A stretch of 64,000 nt of DNA from Pocillopora damicornis (lineage: Eukaryota). A program made the position numbers and the translations under genes. Positions 50,599 through 64,000 of this stretch are shown here, in pieces. The notes beneath the pieces are model-generated. The model ran no database searches, had not been told where the DNA came from, and saw only the letters and a list, made by a program, of their open reading frames with translations. The stretch is from positions 124,001 through 188,000 of the forward strand of contig NW_020846005.1 of NCBI RefSeq assembly GCF_003704095.1, read 5' to 3'. Position 1 is the stretch's first letter; each line of letters begins with the position of its first letter.

Positions 50599-52617
50599 CT
50601 AAGTCTTTGCTGGAATGGCTCCTAACTGTGCTTGGACTTGAGCTTGAACTTTTGCACTGAGCATATCCTGAACAGCTGCCAAGAAAGAAACAATCTTCTT
50701 GTAAATAACTATATAAGTGTGAAAAATTGGGTTTTAGATATTACGATCTACATGTAGATGTCATATATCAACAGTAAAATATGGTAACACAACTTGTGGA
50801 TGGTTAAGAAGGGTAAAAACACAGATCAATGAAATAAATCACATTTAAAAGGTTAAGGAGTCTCTAAATACAGATATTTGAAACAAACCATAATGTACAA
50901 TATCAAAATGTTGAAGATACAATAATCATTCCTACAATGAGGAAAATAAGAAGAAAGCATCATAGAGGACTACCTTGTCTTAATTTATGTTTTTCTATTA
51001 ATTTAGGTTGCAGTAGTTCCAGCTGTTTAGTCACCAGATCCACTTTTCTTCCAAAATATTCCTCAGCTTCCTTTAACCCCTAAATGTAACATAATAAAAT
51101 AAAACAGAGAAATAAATAAAAGCTAAGAAAACTTTAAACTTTGAATTTCTATTCTTTTGGGAAAAAGAAAACAATTTTAGCTCAAAGAATATTGCACTAA
51201 AATCTGTCAAGACTGTGTTTGAAAAAAATGCAAGAGGAAGTTTGTAAGCAGCATTAAAATGAACAAGTCAAAAAAGAATGGAGACTTTCCAGTGGTTTAT
51301 AGCATCTCAAGGGAAAAACAACTTTCTTGTACATACCTTTTCTACAAAATAACCAGTTCCAATGTTTACTAAAACTGATGTTGTGTTTTCAAGAGTCCCA
51401 GGAACATACATCTGAAGTGACTTAAGGATTTATTGACTTTACAAGTCTGCAACTTTAAGTCCAAGTTTATAGATTACATTGGATTCCTTACTTAGTGCTG
51501 GTTTCAAATGGTTTTAATCTATAAAGGCAGATGGATTTATAAGGCCTTGCATTTGAACAGGACCACACTAGTCTGTTCTGGTGAAGTCACCTTACAGATT
51601 GTGATTAATTAATGGAAAGAGTCCACATGGAGTCAAATGACTGACTAGATCCATACTACCTTGTTGTTAACTGTTGTAAGTCCTTTCACTCCAAGAAGGG
51701 ATTAATAACTCATGACTTCTCCTTATACATCGATCAAATTGAAGTTTAAACATTCTTCCTAAACAAACCCTGGCATTTGAACTTAAGAAGATTAATTTAT
51801 TATAATTCTTGCCCTCCTGGACAAAATCTAGACAAAATCTGGAAAAACCTGCCTTCATATGTCCCACCCAAGCACAATTTTTTATTGAACAATTCTTTGA
51901 TCATTGGATTAATTAAATTCATCTAGTAACAGTAGTCACCATGCTATGACACAATTTTTTTGGCTAATTTGTAACTAACATACAAAGACAGGCGAAAGAT
52001 ATGCAAAGGAGATCAGATTTTGGAAATAAATCAAAGCATTAGCATGAACAGCCCTATATGAGTGATCACACGTGGTATTGGAATTGGAATTAGATTTCTG
52101 AAGGGTTCAAGGTAGTGTTCACTTTGAAAACCTGAGATCGGTCAACATCTCTACCTCTTTAATGAAAATGAGAGAAGAACTGTCGTTGAAGACAAGATTT
52201 GGATAGCGAAAGAACAGTTATGCGCGGATCAAAGGATACAGAACTTGTAAGTGGTACCAGAATAGGTTTTCCTGTTGAATAAATTTGTAAAAAGTCATTC
52301 AGTACGGGCAAAAGACAAAATAAAATACGTCGTTTTAATATTGTGAAAGACTAGAGCTCACCTGACTCCTTGTTAATAAGTTTCTTGACATTTTCTTTCG
52401 AATCTCCAAACTTTTGCTGGGCGATCTTTAGCTGGCTCATGGAATCTCCCAGCAGTTTTACTTCCTAAGTGAAACGAATCATTTTCTTAAAGTGCATCCA
52501 AATGGTAAAATTCAGTTGTAAGAAACACTAAATGCTTACCTCTTCAAGCTGAGACCTGAGATTCTCCAAATGAGGTATCTGAAGTTGACTAAGTTCCACC
52601 GCCTCGCCAGCCGCCAT
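50599..52617 (-). CDS. PFDN5: Prefoldin subunit 5. Exons 52617-52540, 52464-52362, 52271-52240, 51411-51337, 51079-50974, 50675-50599
   Basis: Alpha-prefoldin signature ILVPLTSS|MYVPGTL...VLVNIGTGYFVEK...AEEYFGRKV. Phases are consistent. Not present in the ORF track because the exons are short. Confidence 0.95.
51412..52239 (-). other. U12-type GT-AG intron (intron 3 of PFDN5)
   Basis: Donor GTATCCTTTG. Branch TCCTTAAG (51428-51421) followed by TCACTTCAG, with no long polypyrimidine tract. Confidence 0.92.
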
Positions 52618-53635
52618 CTTAAAATTTTTGACAGTGTTGGAACCAGGCCTCTTTACTTCTCACCTTTCAATCAAGTAAGTTATCGCATGAGGGAAGTGGG
52701 GGGAGGGGGGGGGGAGGTCAGTGATTGCCAACAAAGGAATTGTAGTTATTTGACTAATTAACTGCCAATTAACTGTCATTGAAGGGGGATCTGGTAAATT
52801 TTATTAAGAAACAACCAAAATGTTGTTATTGTTATTATCATTATCACAGACAGTGTCACAATAACAAGTGCCTTTGCAAAAAGAAATGACCCTCTTTTTA
52901 TTAAAAATTTCCCATATACATGTATTGCTGTTACTAAATTTACAAACTATGATTTACAATAATTATTACCATAATTCTCTCTGCAATCCAGGCACATCTT
53001 TGTCTGAGCATCACTGATTTTCTCAAGATTTTGTCAACTTCTGATTCCCATAATATAAACAAAGAACTATATTACTATCTATGTACTATATATGTGTCAT
53101 TCCTTGTTAAAGGAGACTGAAACAAAATGCTAGTCAACCCAAACTGTATGTCTTGAGTATTATAAATGGGAAACTTTATTATGCTCATCTATGAAGTCAT
53201 GCCAGCTAACTTCTCACAAACATTTCAAATACATTAAAATAAATAATTCCTAAGTAATATGAACACTGCTCTATAACAAAACCCCATGTATTTGATATGA
53301 ATTCAAAACTGATCTTAACAATACAATACTTGTACATCAATATGGGTGTTTACTGCATGTACAATTGCCAATTCAACTGCCAGCATTTTTTCTAGCATTA
53401 CATAGAATGCTTTTCTGATAGGCCAACAAAAGAAATTTGAATTGACATTTGTACACAAAGTATATATCTGTAACCAAAGGTGCAATTATCAGAAGAGCAA
53501 TAAAAAACAATTGTTCCAAAAAAGTAAATTTGCAAAAGTATTTGGCTCAAACCTATTTCAACTTGAATAAAAGCTGCAATTGGTCTTGGCTGTTGAAAAT
53601 ACACAGAACTACCTGAATTAACACAATCTAGCCTC

Positions 53636-53848
53636 TTAACCCTTTACACCCTAACATCAGTATTCATACTCTCCATACTGTTCTCTGTACATTTACTAAT
53701 GTGCTGCAAAAGGAGAATTTGTCTAATAATCAAGAGTTGCTTTTTTTGGTGATCATTTCCTTTATTCTCACGACATTAATGTGTGATTAAGTGATGATAT
53801 TGTTTGGAGAAATTAGAAACCAGTCACTTTTCGGGGTTAAAGGCTTAA
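53636..53848. mobile_element. TTAA MITE subfamily B, just downstream of the INPP1 stop codon
   Basis: TTAACCCTTTACACCCTAACATCAG...GGGGTTAAAGGCTTAA. Confidence 0.78.
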
Positions 53849-53882
53849 TTCATATCTCTTTCTGTTTTGATAATTGTCTGCC

Positions 53883-55685
53883 TTATGAACCAAAACATTC
53901 TAAGAGCTCAAAAACTCTTTGATGAGATTTAAAAGCTATCAGTCCACTGCTATTACTCCATTTCTTCGCAATACCATCATCAGGTTTGTTGTATTTTAGT
54001 TCACACTTATCAAAACTTATCTTATCAATTTCTTTTGTAGTTGATTTCAATAACAGGGCTTCCTTATAACCTACCACCCCTCCCCCCATGGAACACAAAA
54101 TTGCATGCGCTGCACAGGTATCCCACTTGAAGGAAAAGGCACTGGAAAGGACATAGAAGTCAACATTGTCATCAATAACATGAAGGAGTTTGTTGCCAGC
54201 ACCTGAACTTGGAAATAATCTAATTCCTGAAGACATTAGAGTCTCCTTCACATTTTCACTTTCACTTCCACTTATTGTTACCTTAAAAGTACTGCTAATT
54301 TGGGTATCTGTTGATGCTTTATTGGATTTCCTTTTATTTCCCAGGGAATAACAGGCATGTCCAGCATGATTTACTCCCCAGAGCCTCCTTCCATTCCAAC
54401 GTCTTGAGGTTGTATTCTCTTGGATTAGCGTAGAAAATGGCTGATTGATCACACCAGCCACAGGTACACCAGTTTCAAGATGAAATACTCCAATTAAAAC
54501 AGTAGCACAAGGTAAACCTGAAACTACAATGCCATCAACTTCCTTCCCTGGAGAATTTTTGAGGTACTCTGATGTAGAATCTGTAAAAAGAAGTTTGTGT
54601 ATGATTCAAAAAGGGTGCTGGAGTATGGGACAATAGCAACCCTAATGAAACCCTTGTAAATGCCTCTTATTTGTCATATCCAAAACATTAGCTATGACAG
54701 TGGGGAAATATGAGTTACAGTACCTATCCAAACTATTCATAATGGAGTTAAGTGATATTTTGGGGGGTAACACGCCATGTTCAACAGGAAATCGTTTAAG
54801 CCTAACAGTAATTCAGGATTATCCTTGCCTGAACTAATGCACTTCAAAATCAACGTTAAGATTTCCGCACAGCCCCATACTACTACTGAAATACAAAGCC
54901 GTAGTCCCAAAGGCAATCTATTTTAAGTTTCACCCTTTTTTATCCAAGAACTGTATCCATGATGAGGTATGGGGTGTGCCTAAATCTTACCAAATTAACT
55001 TAAGAAATTCTTATTTTAAAAATACGAAAGCATCTAAAAATACACTCCACCTTAAATTTCCAAGGTAAATATTTTTAATTGCACTTGTTACAATATAATT
55101 ATATTACCGATTGGATCAATCCAGATTCCTAACTCATTCAGGGGAAGCTCAAAATCCAACTGCTCCTCCATTACTTTTATTTCTTCCGTTTCCAATACGA
55201 TATCAGTATGAATGAGCTCTGCCAGCAGTCGAGCAGCAATCTCATTTCCGCACAAAACTGTAGTCAGATGTCTTGAAGTAGATTCCGAGTCTTCTCGAAC
55301 CTCAATTCGAATTTCTTGGCCAAAGCTGTTTTTGAATATGTTGGATTCCTCGCCCAAAATATGGTCTCTCAGTTCAGGAAACTATATGATAAGAAAAAAA
55401 ATTACACCGATGATGAATAGATTCTTGTTTTAAGAACGATTGCACAAAATAATGTAAACGATCAATTCAGCTCACTTTCAGCGAAACATCATGCTTTACT
55501 ACTTCCTGTACCAGAACGTCGGCCAGCGTTTTAAAATCACGAACAAACCGCTCATTCTTCTCCTTCTCTGCTTTTTCCTCAACCATTAATTCAAAAAGCT
55601 CCTCCTGACAGCGCCATGCTCGCGCAATCTTGGCGGATTTTTCGCTCACTTGAAGCAAAATCTCGACGAGCTCTTTCGCGGCCAT
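53883..55685 (-). CDS. INPP1: Inositol polyphosphate 1-phosphatase. Exons 55685-55476, 55381-55108, 54580-53883
   Basis: SEKSAKIARAWR, DFKTLADVLVQEVVKHD, ILGEESN, metal-binding WIDPI|DST, AGVINQPF, GAGNKLL, FKWDTCAAHAIL. Confidence 0.94.
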
Positions 55686-56055
55686 TGGAAGACAGCAGCT
55701 GAGTAAACAACATTAACATTCGAAGGGAGGGGAGGGTAGAGATAAGAACCGTCATAGGCCCGTCTATTACTATGATTGGTCAGTGGAGGAGGCCTCAAAT
55801 TTGTGAATTTTCTTTTATTGCATTTTAATCTTCACCATTTTAGAGAGATGATATAAAAACTTTTTTTTCCAGGTATTTTAGAAAATTGGAGTACGAGGAA
55901 AAACTGGCCGAAATAATTACCCCATACTCCGTCCCATTCCCACCCGGAAACTTCTGGCGACTACCGCTGACACGTCAGATGTATTTGCCGCCATTTTTGA
56001 CTTTCTTTGCCCTTGTCAAGGTTTTCGTTTCTGAATCGTTGCAATTTGACTCGAG
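55686..56055. promoter_or_regulatory. Putative bidirectional promoter between INPP1 and gamma-tubulin
   Basis: 370 bp between divergent ATGs. ATTGG box at ~55775, ETS-like CCGGAA at ~55944, TGACACGTCA at ~55968, YY1-like GCCGCCATTTT at 55987-55997. Confidence 0.6.
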
Positions 56056-63181
<7,126 letters not shown>

Positions 63182-63315
63182 TTTCAAGAACACGGGAAAC
63201 AGATTTTCAATTTTGTATCTCTTGTGCTGGGATTCGGCTTAAAGACCGACTCACAGCGACATAAGAATCAGCGAGCTTTGACGGTAAAAACGACAATCTC
63301 TTTGAAACGGAGGGC

Positions 63316-63377
63316 CGGCCTATGCAGGGGTGTGGAGGGGAGGAGTCGGCCTATGCAGGGGTGTGGAGGGGAGGAGT
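63316..63377. repeat. 31-bp direct tandem repeat downstream of TUBG
   Basis: cggcctatgcaggggtgtggaggggaggagt occurs twice. Confidence 0.9.
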
Positions 63378-64000
63378 TAGTAAATTCGAGTGCAGAGAAA
63401 GCGTAAAGTAGAATCGTTGAGTCCGGGGATGGTATTCACGGTTTACGCAGCAGATTGAAGAAATATGGCCTCCTTTCGATTCGGGCATTTCTTTCTTGTT
63501 CGTTACTAGATCCTGCACTCTGATAAATTTTCCTCTCTTCCTCGCATGTTAGGCCAGCCACGCATGTTTCAAGCTTTTGTTACTATAATGCGCAGTTTAA
63601 ATGATGTCAAACAGACAGTCTGTCCAACTGAGATTGAAGAACAGAAATGTTAGTCTTCGTAGACAGCACCGCCCAGAAGCACAACCTGACAAACTTTGTA
63701 GTATTATCTCCTGTGGTTAGACCCTTGAGACTAAATCGAAATCACTGACAGTAAACCTCGCCTTGCGTTCATCATTTTTGCCACTCTAACATTTTTGATA
63801 AGTAATCTAAGAAAAGTCGTGTTTATAGTATTCCTAGGGCGCTAGTCCATTAAGAATAGGTATATTAGTCTCCCTCGCCAGGTCACTCAATTTTTTCATA
63901 TGATGAAGTTGTTTTAGATTCCCCTGTAAACTTTGTGTTCTTGTGGATCAGTCGGGAATAAATGCAAGAGCTGAACGCTCTATTAAGAGACTGACTCGAC

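Overview
Intron-rich, AT-rich eukaryotic (metazoan) genomic DNA. The repeat families look like those of scleractinian corals or other cnidarians (inference, not proven). I reconstructed eight spliced genes by hand from splice signals and reading phase: the 3' part of an MBD5/6-like gene (+, MBD, AT-hook-like motif, large low-complexity exon, PWWP); a type II membrane fucosyltransferase-superfamily enzyme (+); RFT1 (-); a PDIA5/PDIR-like gene with seven CxxC thioredoxin domains (+); a KIF28/KLP-6-like kinesin-3 (-); PFDN5 (-); INPP1 (-); and gamma-tubulin (+). RFT1/PDIA5 and INPP1/TUBG are head-to-head pairs. Most notable: (1) two minor-spliceosome (U12) introns in neighbouring genes, an AT-AC intron in the kinesin and a GT-AG intron in PFDN5; (2) the kinesin ends in a CaaL prenylation box (CTIL); (3) the PDIA5-like protein is expanded to 7 active sites, with repeated 13-nt micro-exons and an intron splitting every active-site Trp codon; (4) the fucosyltransferase has an insert with 10 N-glycosylation sequons inside its catalytic domain. 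Introns carry TTAA-flanked MITEs, a Helentron-like element with a tRNA/SINE-like head, degenerate Penelope/hammerhead-type remnants and tandem repeats. Two 100-N gaps hide coding exons. No CRISPR array, rRNA or convincing tRNA gene was seen.
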